Made by a program: the position numbers and the translations under genes. Shown piece after piece: positions 1 through 7,266 of a stretch of 39,770 nt of DNA. Under the pieces are notes generated by a model. It searched no databases and was not told the DNA's origin. It worked only from the letters and a program-made list of their open reading frames with translations. The DNA lies in IMG/VR virus record IMGVR_UViG_3300031954_000029, positions 1 through 39,770 of that record; one strand, written 5' to 3'. Origin of the DNA: a virus (taxonomy: Duplodnaviria; Caudoviricetes). Numbering within the stretch: the stretch's first letter is position 1; every line of letters begins with the position of its first letter.

Positions 1-316
1 ACTCGGGACAGACTGTGATTCCCCGGCCTCCGTAACGGTGGTAGTGGCTGTTCTTTGGATTGTCACAACGGGTCAGGATGCCAGTCCAGCATCGGTGGAG
101 CTTGGTACGTGACCAACCGTGCGTGCTGTTCGTTGCCCTGACGCGCTCATCTCGGAAACACCCGCATGATTTCGATTTACCTGATCGGAGATTCCCCAGG
201 TAGACGTACTTTTCGTTGCCACAACGGCAACGACACAACACCTTCTGGTTCGTGCGTCTGTCCTGGATGGCAGGGTCTATCACTGTCCACCACCCGAACT
301 GCTGAGAGATGCCCAT
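1..316 (-). CDS. HNH homing endonuclease family protein (partial, runs off window start)
   Basis: Not in ORF track. Manual translation from ATG at 316: MGISQQFGWWTVID...VLCRCRCGNEK...NLRSGKSKSCGC...THGWSRTKLHRCW..ILTRCDNPKNSHYHRYGGRGITVCPE. The CxCxCG, SCGC and YGGRGITVC motifs are typical of phage HNH endonucleases. TATGAT lies 6 nt before the ATG. Confidence 0.85.
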   Translation of the reverse strand, partial: MGISQQFGWWTVIDPAIQDRRTNQKVLCRCRCGNEKYVYLGNLRSGKSKSCGCFRDERVRATNSTHGWSRTKLHRCWTGILTRCDNPKNSHYHRYGGRGITVCPE

Positions 317-331
317 ACTCGTATCATATAT

Positions 332-838
332 CTACCATGTCAGGGTCTGCACGAAGAAGTCCTGTTGCTGGGCGTCATTGACGACCTCTTCCGCCTTTAT
401 CTGCTCGCCCAGAGCACTGATTGTTAAATAACTGCCATGTACGAATCCCTGCTTCTCGTACTTTGTAACTCTGTAGACCGTGTTGTCATAAGAGAACCGG
501 TCGCGGAAGTGTGCAGCGGTGTAGAGCGGGCTGGTACGGAACCGGTCCATGGCCGCGGTTACCTGGAAGCAGATGCTGGCCGTGGATAGCACATAGAAGC
601 CTTGGTCAGTGTCCTGGGGATCATCCTGACGAAAGTCCACGAACATGACCGGCAGCACTACCGGGGGATACCAGGCGCGGCTCGGGCCTTCATCATAGAC
701 TTCGTTCTTGGATGAGGACATGGCGTCGTACTCGGCCCATAGCACGTTCTCGCCCCAGTACCGCTGGTAGTTCTGCATGACTTCGTTCATGCGTATGATC
801 TGATCCTTCTGGAACCAGGCCGGCGTGTAGAGGGGCAT
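332..838 (-). CDS. putative head-closure/neck (stopper) protein
   Basis: 168 aa, VYDEG..R.W..PVVLPV pattern and beta-rich C-terminus (DRFSYDNTVYRV); lies beside adaptor-like and tail genes. Confidence 0.55.
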   Translation of the reverse strand: MPLYTPAWFQKDQIIRMNEVMQNYQRYWGENVLWAEYDAMSSSKNEVYDEGPSRAWYPPVVLPVMFVDFRQDDPQDTDQGFYVLSTASICFQVTAAMDRFRTSPLYTAAHFRDRFSYDNTVYRVTKYEKQGFVHGSYLTISALGEQIKAEEVVNDAQQQDFFVQTLTW

Positions 839-845
839 CAGCTAC

Positions 846-1499
846 TTATTCCCATAGCGTCTTCTGGCCTGAGTCCCGTCGCTTGACCTGGCCTCTGATC
901 TTGGTGAGCCGGTCGTTGACTTGCTTCGCCTCTTCCTGTTGGTAGGGATGGAAGTTCTCCCCTACTCCCTTCCACCTAGGTGTGTCTTCTCGCCTGCCCT
1001 CCATCACCCGCCCAGTGGGGACGTGTTGCCAGACATCAGGCTTGAGTTCGGGCATGACCTTGTTGGCGAAGTGCTCACCGGCTTCGGTACGTAGCGGGGA
1101 GTGGATCGGTAGGGTCTCCTGGCCGAAGTCCCAGTGGTGGGCTGACTTCATCAGCGCACTGGCGAGGCCCCTGGCTGGGTTCCTGGAGGCGGCGCTCGGC
1201 TTGTCGCCGGCCTGGTAGTTCTGCACCATCGTGATCTCACCGGGATGGCTTATGTTCCGCTCCTCTCCAGGCCCCCTTCTCCAGTCCAGGCTGGCTGCCT
1301 CTTCGGGGTACTTGGGGTCCGACACGTCCAGGGCCGAGAGATGGTGCTCTCGCTTGGAGGAGGAGAAGTCCAGCATGAAGCCGCGGGCCAGGTGGGTGGC
1401 GAAGGGGTGAGCCATGCTCTCCATGCCGGGAATCGCCAACTGGTGAGGATGGACATGGTTGGCAAACTGAGTGCTGTTGAGGTTCTCGGGAGCTACCAC
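846..1499 (-). CDS. GNAT-fold acetyltransferase-like protein with NLNxxQF leader
   Basis: Start re-assigned to GTG 1499, overlapping the upstream stop (GTGGTAG); begins MVAPENLNSTQF; RGLASALM resembles the acetyl-CoA-binding motif A; PIHSPLRTEAGEHFA is shared with 36767..37117. Confidence 0.6.
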   Translation of the reverse strand: MVAPENLNSTQFANHVHPHQLAIPGMESMAHPFATHLARGFMLDFSSSKREHHLSALDVSDPKYPEEAASLDWRRGPGEERNISHPGEITMVQNYQAGDKPSAASRNPARGLASALMKSAHHWDFGQETLPIHSPLRTEAGEHFANKVMPELKPDVWQHVPTGRVMEGRREDTPRWKGVGENFHPYQQEEAKQVNDRLTKIRGQVKRRDSGQKTLWE

Positions 1500-2611
1500 C
1501 AACCCACCCAGCCTGTATTCAAAGTTGTGTACTGCCACCAATACCCGGTGCCGGTCTTGGGATCTACATCTCTTGTCGGGTCGACGTTCAGACTGGGCTG
1601 GAGGGCCACGTAGCGGTGGTTCTGGTAGTCGATGAGATCCTGGACCGCGTAGTTGCGAGTGGGATCCCAGGTGCCCTGATAGGTGTACATCTTCTGGGTC
1701 ACATCGATCTCTGGCATCTCCCGCTGGGGCCAGGTGATGTCGTCGTACTCCTTCGACCGGTAGATGGGCACGAGCCTCTTGGTAGTGCGCGACACGCGGC
1801 GTAGCCGGCTCTGGGTGATGCGGTAGAGGCCCACTCCCAGGGCTGCTGACAACGCCTTGTACTGGGCGTCGAGGGCATCGATCATTCGCATGATCTGATT
1901 CCATGACTGGCTTATGGGAATGGTGACCCCGTCAGGGGTGTGGACATCATGTTGCTGTGCGAGTCCGGTGGCGATGTCCCAAAGCGCCATGATCGTGACC
2001 AGGATCGAGACCGGGTACTCCTCGACTTCGCTCAGCATGTGGGGTGCCGGCGTGCCGTAGGTGATGGGCTGTCCGGTAGTACCCAGAGGAGGTGGATAGA
2101 TCGGCGGGTAGCCGGTATCGATCTGGCCCTCCCACTGCTGATCCATTCCGTAGGTGTGCTGGATGAAGGCCGTCCGCACGTAGAGATCCATCTCGGGTGG
2201 CAGCAAGTCGCGGTAGTAGGTGCCCTGAGCCACCATGAGGATGCCGACTGATGGGGCGTTGGCGAAGACCAGGACGCCGCCGTGCTCGTCCAGGATGAAG
2301 TCGGTACCCAGAACAGCCTGGGTAGTACCTCCCGCGGTGGTGTCGGTCAAGACCACCTGGAGATTGGGTGACGACACGTTCTCGACAGGAAGCTCAAACC
2401 GAAAGGCCACACCGGAGCAGGTCTGCCGGCAGATGAAAGGCCGGGGCAGATCCCGAAGTCGCAGTCTCGCCATCTGTGCGATCCGCTGTGTCGAGGAGGG
2501 GTCGACGGGCGGATACGGCAACCCCTGATCGGTATCGGGGTACTGCCCCGGCTGGCCTGCCGTGGTGTCAGTCGGGTTCGGAAGTCCGGAGACCGGCCCA
2601 GTCATCGACAC
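1493..2611 (-). CDS. putative head-to-tail adaptor with C-terminal CBM5/12-like module
   Basis: 372 aa; ARLRLRDLP N-terminal helix, TPDGVTIP..Q...M...L motif; C-terminal WDPTRNYAVQDLIDYQNHRYVAL...YWWQ resembles chitin-binding type 3 modules; TAGCCT 6 nt upstream of GTG. Confidence 0.55.
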   Translation of the reverse strand: MSMTGPVSGLPNPTDTTAGQPGQYPDTDQGLPYPPVDPSSTQRIAQMARLRLRDLPRPFICRQTCSGVAFRFELPVENVSSPNLQVVLTDTTAGGTTQAVLGTDFILDEHGGVLVFANAPSVGILMVAQGTYYRDLLPPEMDLYVRTAFIQHTYGMDQQWEGQIDTGYPPIYPPPLGTTGQPITYGTPAPHMLSEVEEYPVSILVTIMALWDIATGLAQQHDVHTPDGVTIPISQSWNQIMRMIDALDAQYKALSAALGVGLYRITQSRLRRVSRTTKRLVPIYRSKEYDDITWPQREMPEIDVTQKMYTYQGTWDPTRNYAVQDLIDYQNHRYVALQPSLNVDPTRDVDPKTGTGYWWQYTTLNTGWVGWW

Positions 2612-2672
2612 ACCTCAAGGCTAGGTCTGGGTGGTCAGGGGGGACGCGACACCCTGACCTAGCATTGACCTC
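2612..2672. promoter_or_regulatory. divergent promoter pair (GACCTAGCCTTGA minus / GACCTAGCATTGA plus)
   Basis: Near-identical motifs on opposite strands between the divergent neck and tail operons; each has a TANNNT -10 hexamer. Confidence 0.55.
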
Positions 2673-2735
2673 ATCCGGCCCGCTAACGCCGGTCAAGCAG
2701 TGCAGCCAGAAAATGCCCAGTTCTTGTGAGGAAAA

Positions 2736-3161
2736 ATGCCTTCCTCGTCGTTCGACTGCGTCAAAAAATCAGACGTGGACAAACTGGGAAAAGTCATCGC
2801 CCAATATCAGAGGATGTCCAAGGCAGGCACGGTCAGGAAGGCGGCAAGAGGGGCCGGCGGGACACTTTGCAACAACATGGCGAGCATGATCAAGGGTGAA
2901 CCCACCCTCAGGGATTACCACTCTCTGGCTGACTCTCTCCGCGTCTGGCAGGACGAGGGCAACGTCCACGTTGGCCTCCATCCGGACCACCCGATGATCC
3001 AGCAGGCCGAAGCGATGCATCAGAACTTCCCGGTCTCCGACGCGGCGATGGATCTGGCGAAGCAGAGCGGTGAGATCGAGGACGAGTTCATCGCGAGATT
3101 GCAGAACGAGTCGCGGGCCTGGTATCAGAAGTTCCTGGGCATGAAGGGTGCGCTCGGATGA
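2736..3161 (+). CDS. hypothetical protein, possible neck/tail-completion protein
   Basis: GAGG RBS; first gene of tail operon; ATGA overlap with next gene. Confidence 0.5.
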   Translation: MPSSSFDCVKKSDVDKLGKVIAQYQRMSKAGTVRKAARGAGGTLCNNMASMIKGEPTLRDYHSLADSLRVWQDEGNVHVGLHPDHPMIQQAEAMHQNFPVSDAAMDLAKQSGEIEDEFIARLQNESRAWYQKFLGMKGALG

Positions 3162-3895
3162 CCATGACTCCCCCGCCCAACGATGTAGTACCCAATCCTC
3201 CTTTCCTGGGCCTCTACACCGAAGAGGACATGGGCCTCAAGAATCTGCTCCAGGGGATCATGGTCAGTGACCTCAACGCCCCCAACGAGACCCGCCCGGT
3301 GCCGGTGTGGTTTCACAACCCAGAGCGTGAGGAAAGGCGCATCACATACCCGAACATTACGATCCGGTTCGACGGTGAACGGGTGGCCCACGAGCGCGAG
3401 CACCGCGGTTGGGTGCAGATCGCTTACTACTACCTTCAGTGGACCCCCTTCGATCCTCAGATGAAGGATCTTCCCTCCATCGAATACCCCCTGCCGATGG
3501 ACTTCGATTACACGGTCACCGCCAGCGCCAGGATCAACCAGCACATCTCCCAGATCTCGGGCCACCTGGCGATGAGCAAGCTGCATCCGCGCTTCGCTCA
3601 GATGACCTGTCCCGCCGGCACGGTACGCCGGATCACCGTGCTCGGCACGACCCGTGCCAACAGCCTCGATCAGGACAAGCGGATCTTCCGGCAGATCTAC
3701 CAGATCCGCGTCTGCACTGAGATCGAGGACATGGTCACCACTCTCACTACCAGGGTGCGCCAGGCCGTCCTGCGGATCATGGACATGGACTCCCCGCAGC
3801 ACCAACTGTGGGGTCCAGCAAATATCAGCGCCATCGCTCCAGGCGGTTATCTCGACTCTGGAATACCCGGCCAGTACAAAGCATCGGAGGAATAG
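3158..3895 (+). CDS. tail terminator/tail completion protein
   Basis: Immediately upstream of sheath; ED..LK..LQGI.VSD...RPVPVWF..PE.E.R..TYP.ITI pattern. Confidence 0.6.
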   Translation: MTMTPPPNDVVPNPPFLGLYTEEDMGLKNLLQGIMVSDLNAPNETRPVPVWFHNPEREERRITYPNITIRFDGERVAHEREHRGWVQIAYYYLQWTPFDPQMKDLPSIEYPLPMDFDYTVTASARINQHISQISGHLAMSKLHPRFAQMTCPAGTVRRITVLGTTRANSLDQDKRIFRQIYQIRVCTEIEDMVTTLTTRVRQAVLRIMDMDSPQHQLWGPANISAIAPGGYLDSGIPGQYKASEE

Positions 3896-3898
3896 CCA

Positions 3899-5677
3899 AT
3901 GCCAACCTTGACCAGGCCAGGGGTCTACGTCGACATGTCGGCGTTCCCCACCTACGTCAGTGCCTCGCCGGGTACGGCGGCGGCATGCTTCGTAGGACCG
4001 TGCCCTCGTGGCCCGCTGGTTCCCACTCGTGTCAACTCCTGGAGAGAGTTCACCTCCTGGTTCGGAGGGTTTGAGACCGCCTTCCCGCCTAGCAATCTGC
4101 ACTTGGCGGTGTACAGCTTCTTCTCTGCCGGCGGCACCAGCGCCGTGATCATCCGCGCCTATCGTCTGGACGCCTCAGGTCCGACCATCGCCCAGTCGTC
4201 GTTCAACGACCAGGCCACCACCGCGGTACCGACGCTTCAGATCAACGCCTCCAATCCTGGGGCCTGGGGCAACAACCTGTGGATCGACATCCTGCCTGGC
4301 AATGTCAAGACCTCCCTGGGGGAGGTGGAGACCTTCACCATCGTGGTGAAGTACCAGGGCAACGGTCCTACGAATGTCGTAGAGACCTGGCCGGATCTGT
4401 CCATGACCCAGGGGTCCACCAACCTGGGCCAGGCGAACTATGCGATCCCTATCGTCAACAACCCCTGGACCGGGTCGAAGTACATCAACCTGACCGACCT
4501 GAGCGCCGCCCTTCCCACGAGTCGCAGTGTCACTGACGGTGTGACCACGACGGCGTCGACCGCGATCACGTCGGCCACGGCCAACTTCACCGAGTCCGAT
4601 GAGGGCGGCACGATCACCGGTCCAGGCATTCCACCTGGCACGGTGATCACCGAGATGACCAGCGCCACGGCTGCGACTATCTCCAACCCGGCGACGGCCA
4701 CCGCCACGGCTGTGCATTTCACCATCACGCCACCACCCTGGATCGACAACCCGGCCCCTACCGCGGCCAGTGTCAACCTGACCGGTGGTGGCGACGGCTC
4801 ACCTATCACCTTCCAGGATCAGTTCACGGCTCTCCAGAAGCTGGACATGTATCCGGATCAGCCATTCGTGATCAACCTGCCGGGGTACACCACGGGAGCA
4901 GACATCTCCAGCGTGATCGGCTACGCCGTGCAGCGCGGCAATGCCTTTGTGGTTGTCGACTCCATCCCTGGTGCCACTCCAGCGGCCATGGTGACCTACG
5001 CCAATCAGATGTCGGCTAGCCCCCAGGCTGCTATCTACTACCCCCAGGTGCAGATCTCCGATCCGTACTCCTCGACTCCAGGGGTGACCAGGATGGTGCC
5101 TCCAGGAGGCTTCGTCGTCGGGAAGTACATCGACACCGACGCCAGGAGAGGGGTGCAGAAAGCGCCCGCCGGCCTGGGAGCCACACTGCTCGGAGCCTTT
5201 GGCTTGGAATACACATGCACCAACGCGGACCAGGGCAACTTGACTCAGGCCAATGTCAACTGCCTGATCTCGGTGCCTGGCTCAGGCGTGGTGATCTGGG
5301 GTGCTCGCACCCTGTCGCCTTACCTTGTCACCCGGTACGTGTCGGTGGAAAGGACGCTGATTTACCTGTCCACCGAGATGACGGCCATGGTCAAGTTCGC
5401 TGTCTTTGAGCCGAACGACTGGGTGCTTTGGAACTCGATCACTTCGATCCTCAGTCAGTTCTTGACATCGTTCTGGCAGAGCGGTGGCCTCCAGGGCACG
5501 AGCGCCGCGGAGGCGTTCTACGTCAACTGTGACGCCACCATCAACACGCCCCAGAGCATTCAGCAGGGCATCGTCAACATCGAGGTCGGTGTGGCACTCC
5601 AGTACCCAGCCGAGTTCGTCGTCATCGCCATCGGCCAATGGGCTGGCGGTCAGAGCGTCAGCGTCACGACCGGTTAG
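3899..5677 (+). CDS. contractile tail sheath protein
   Basis: RPGVYV start, FVG..PRGP..PTRVNSWREF, PGAWGN, YYP...DP, PPGG.V.G...D..RGV.KAPAG, VIWGARTL, RYVSVERT, FAVFEPND, GVALQYPAEFVVI. Confidence 0.97.
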   Translation: MPTLTRPGVYVDMSAFPTYVSASPGTAAACFVGPCPRGPLVPTRVNSWREFTSWFGGFETAFPPSNLHLAVYSFFSAGGTSAVIIRAYRLDASGPTIAQSSFNDQATTAVPTLQINASNPGAWGNNLWIDILPGNVKTSLGEVETFTIVVKYQGNGPTNVVETWPDLSMTQGSTNLGQANYAIPIVNNPWTGSKYINLTDLSAALPTSRSVTDGVTTTASTAITSATANFTESDEGGTITGPGIPPGTVITEMTSATAATISNPATATATAVHFTITPPPWIDNPAPTAASVNLTGGGDGSPITFQDQFTALQKLDMYPDQPFVINLPGYTTGADISSVIGYAVQRGNAFVVVDSIPGATPAAMVTYANQMSASPQAAIYYPQVQISDPYSSTPGVTRMVPPGGFVVGKYIDTDARRGVQKAPAGLGATLLGAFGLEYTCTNADQGNLTQANVNCLISVPGSGVVIWGARTLSPYLVTRYVSVERTLIYLSTEMTAMVKFAVFEPNDWVLWNSITSILSQFLTSFWQSGGLQGTSAAEAFYVNCDATINTPQSIQQGIVNIEVGVALQYPAEFVVIAIGQWAGGQSVSVTTG

Positions 5678-5685
5678 GAGGAACC

Positions 5686-6306
5686 ATGACCACACGTCCC
5701 TTGAACAGTGATCCGCTCAGGAACTTCCGGTTCCTGGTCACTATCACCTCGCCTAACTCCACCGCGGTTCCTACGACCATCAGTCGGATGGGGTTCATGG
5801 CAGTCTCTGGCTTGAGTGTCAACAACGAAGTTATCCCCTATAGAGAGGGTGGTAACAACACGACTACTCGTAAGATGCCAGGGCAATCAGACTTCGGTCC
5901 ATTGACTCTTACGAGAGGCTTTCTGGCCGTGCCAGTTAATGGTGGAAACGGCGGTACTACCGAGATCTACAACTGGTTCCAGATGATCTTCGCCGTGGCT
6001 GGTGGCGGAGGAAGCGGTACGGAGGCACCGGGAATGAACTTCAGGACCGGTGTCACCATCGACGTGCTCCAGCACCCGATCACTAAAACTGGCTATGCAG
6101 CAGGCGTCGACAATCCTCCTGCTATCAAGGCCAGATTTGGAGTCTATAACGCCTGGCCCATGGGCTACAGCTTCAGTGATCTGGAAGCGGGTGGCAATGC
6201 AGTGTTTATCGAGAATCTCACCCTTGCTCACGAGGGATTTGCCTTGCTTACCACCGCTAACCCGTCCGATCCGACCAGCTTCGTCAACCCCGCTAAGTTC
6301 CCATGA
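5686..6306 (+). CDS. tail tube protein (T4 gp19-like)
   Basis: ATG 5686 after AGGAGG; DPLRNFRFLV, GF..VSGL, YREGG, KMPGQ.DF.P.TL.RG, NAWP...SDL.AG.N.V.IE.L.LAHEG. Confidence 0.95.
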   Translation: MTTRPLNSDPLRNFRFLVTITSPNSTAVPTTISRMGFMAVSGLSVNNEVIPYREGGNNTTTRKMPGQSDFGPLTLTRGFLAVPVNGGNGGTTEIYNWFQMIFAVAGGGGSGTEAPGMNFRTGVTIDVLQHPITKTGYAAGVDNPPAIKARFGVYNAWPMGYSFSDLEAGGNAVFIENLTLAHEGFALLTTANPSDPTSFVNPAKFP

Positions 6307-7127
6307 GCGATCCGCTGGCTGAGTTCACCGCCACTGTCGTTGATGACCCAGAGAAGATCAACGCTATTGCCAAGGAAGTCACCAAGGCTCCGGTGCCGTT
6401 GATGCCGCCCCTGCCGGCTGACACGGTGACCCTCCCAGGTGGCTTCCTGGACGACGACGGCAAGCTGCACACAGAGGCCCGTATCCGCGAGATCAACGGC
6501 TCCGACGAGGAGGCCATGGCTCGTGAGCTACGCAGCCCAACAGTGAACGTGCCCAAGGTGGTGGATCTCATTCTCAAGCGGTGCGTGCTGTCGGTAGGGG
6601 ACATCGAGTCGACCCCCAAGCTGCTCGGCAGGATGCTGACCGGTGACCGGGCCGCTCTCATGTTGGCGATCCGCGTTCTGACCTTTGGCAACGACTGGGA
6701 GGTGCCTGACTTTCCCTGCCGGCTGTGTGGTCAGAACTTCGGTTGCGTTGTCGAGTTGGACTCCTCCATCGAGGTCAAGAAGATGGAGAACCCCATAGTG
6801 CAGGACATCGAGGTGACCCTGCGTAACGGCCACCTGGCCCTGGTACACATGCTCACCGGGGACGTGCAGCTTGAGATGGTGGGTGACGGCAACAGGACCG
6901 GCCCAGAAGAGGCGACCATTGCTATCGACCGCTCCATCCGCTCGCTTGATGGCAATCCAGTGATGGGTCACATCGCCCAGAAGATGAGCATGGCTGACCG
7001 GCGCAAGATCATCGAAGCCATGACCGAAGCGCAGCCTGGCCCGCGGATGGAGGAGGTGATGGTCACATGCACCGAGTGCGGGCGGGAGGCCGGTTATCAG
7101 ATCTCTCTCGTAGATCTCTTTCGTTAG
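6303..7127 (+). CDS. tail/baseplate hub assembly chaperone (T4 gp26-like)
   Basis: Between tube and tape measure; LPGG...REING.DEE, GDR..L.LAIR..TFG, two CxxC pairs, QPGP, ends DLFR. Confidence 0.8.
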   Translation: MSDPLAEFTATVVDDPEKINAIAKEVTKAPVPLMPPLPADTVTLPGGFLDDDGKLHTEARIREINGSDEEAMARELRSPTVNVPKVVDLILKRCVLSVGDIESTPKLLGRMLTGDRAALMLAIRVLTFGNDWEVPDFPCRLCGQNFGCVVELDSSIEVKKMENPIVQDIEVTLRNGHLALVHMLTGDVQLEMVGDGNRTGPEEATIAIDRSIRSLDGNPVMGHIAQKMSMADRRKIIEAMTEAQPGPRMEEVMVTCTECGREAGYQISLVDLFR

Positions 7128-7266
7128 GGATCTCACCACTCTCGACCTTCTCTACCTCCAGTACCGGAGAATCTCTGAGCATTTCCCCGGTTGGAATCTG
7201 TCTGAGATTAAGCACATGCCCTACCCAGAGCGACAGCACTGGGTCGAAGTCGTCCTGGAGAAATAA
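7114..7266 (+). CDS. start-less +1 frame ORF; probable frameshift extension of the tail assembly chaperone
   Basis: Frame +1 is open from 7114 to TAA 7264-7266: ISFVRDLTTLDLLYLQYRRISEHFPGWNLSEIKHMPYPERQHWVEVVLEK; no ATG/GTG/TTG until late in the ORF; stop abuts tape measure GTG at 7267. Confidence 0.7.
   Translation: MSFVRDLTTLDLLYLQYRRISEHFPGWNLSEIKHMPYPERQHWVEVVLEK

Noticed and set aside
296-316. HNH N-terminus MGISQQF as another QF-leader member
   Set aside because: It corresponds to the usual G..FG..TV start of this endonuclease family; likely coincidence
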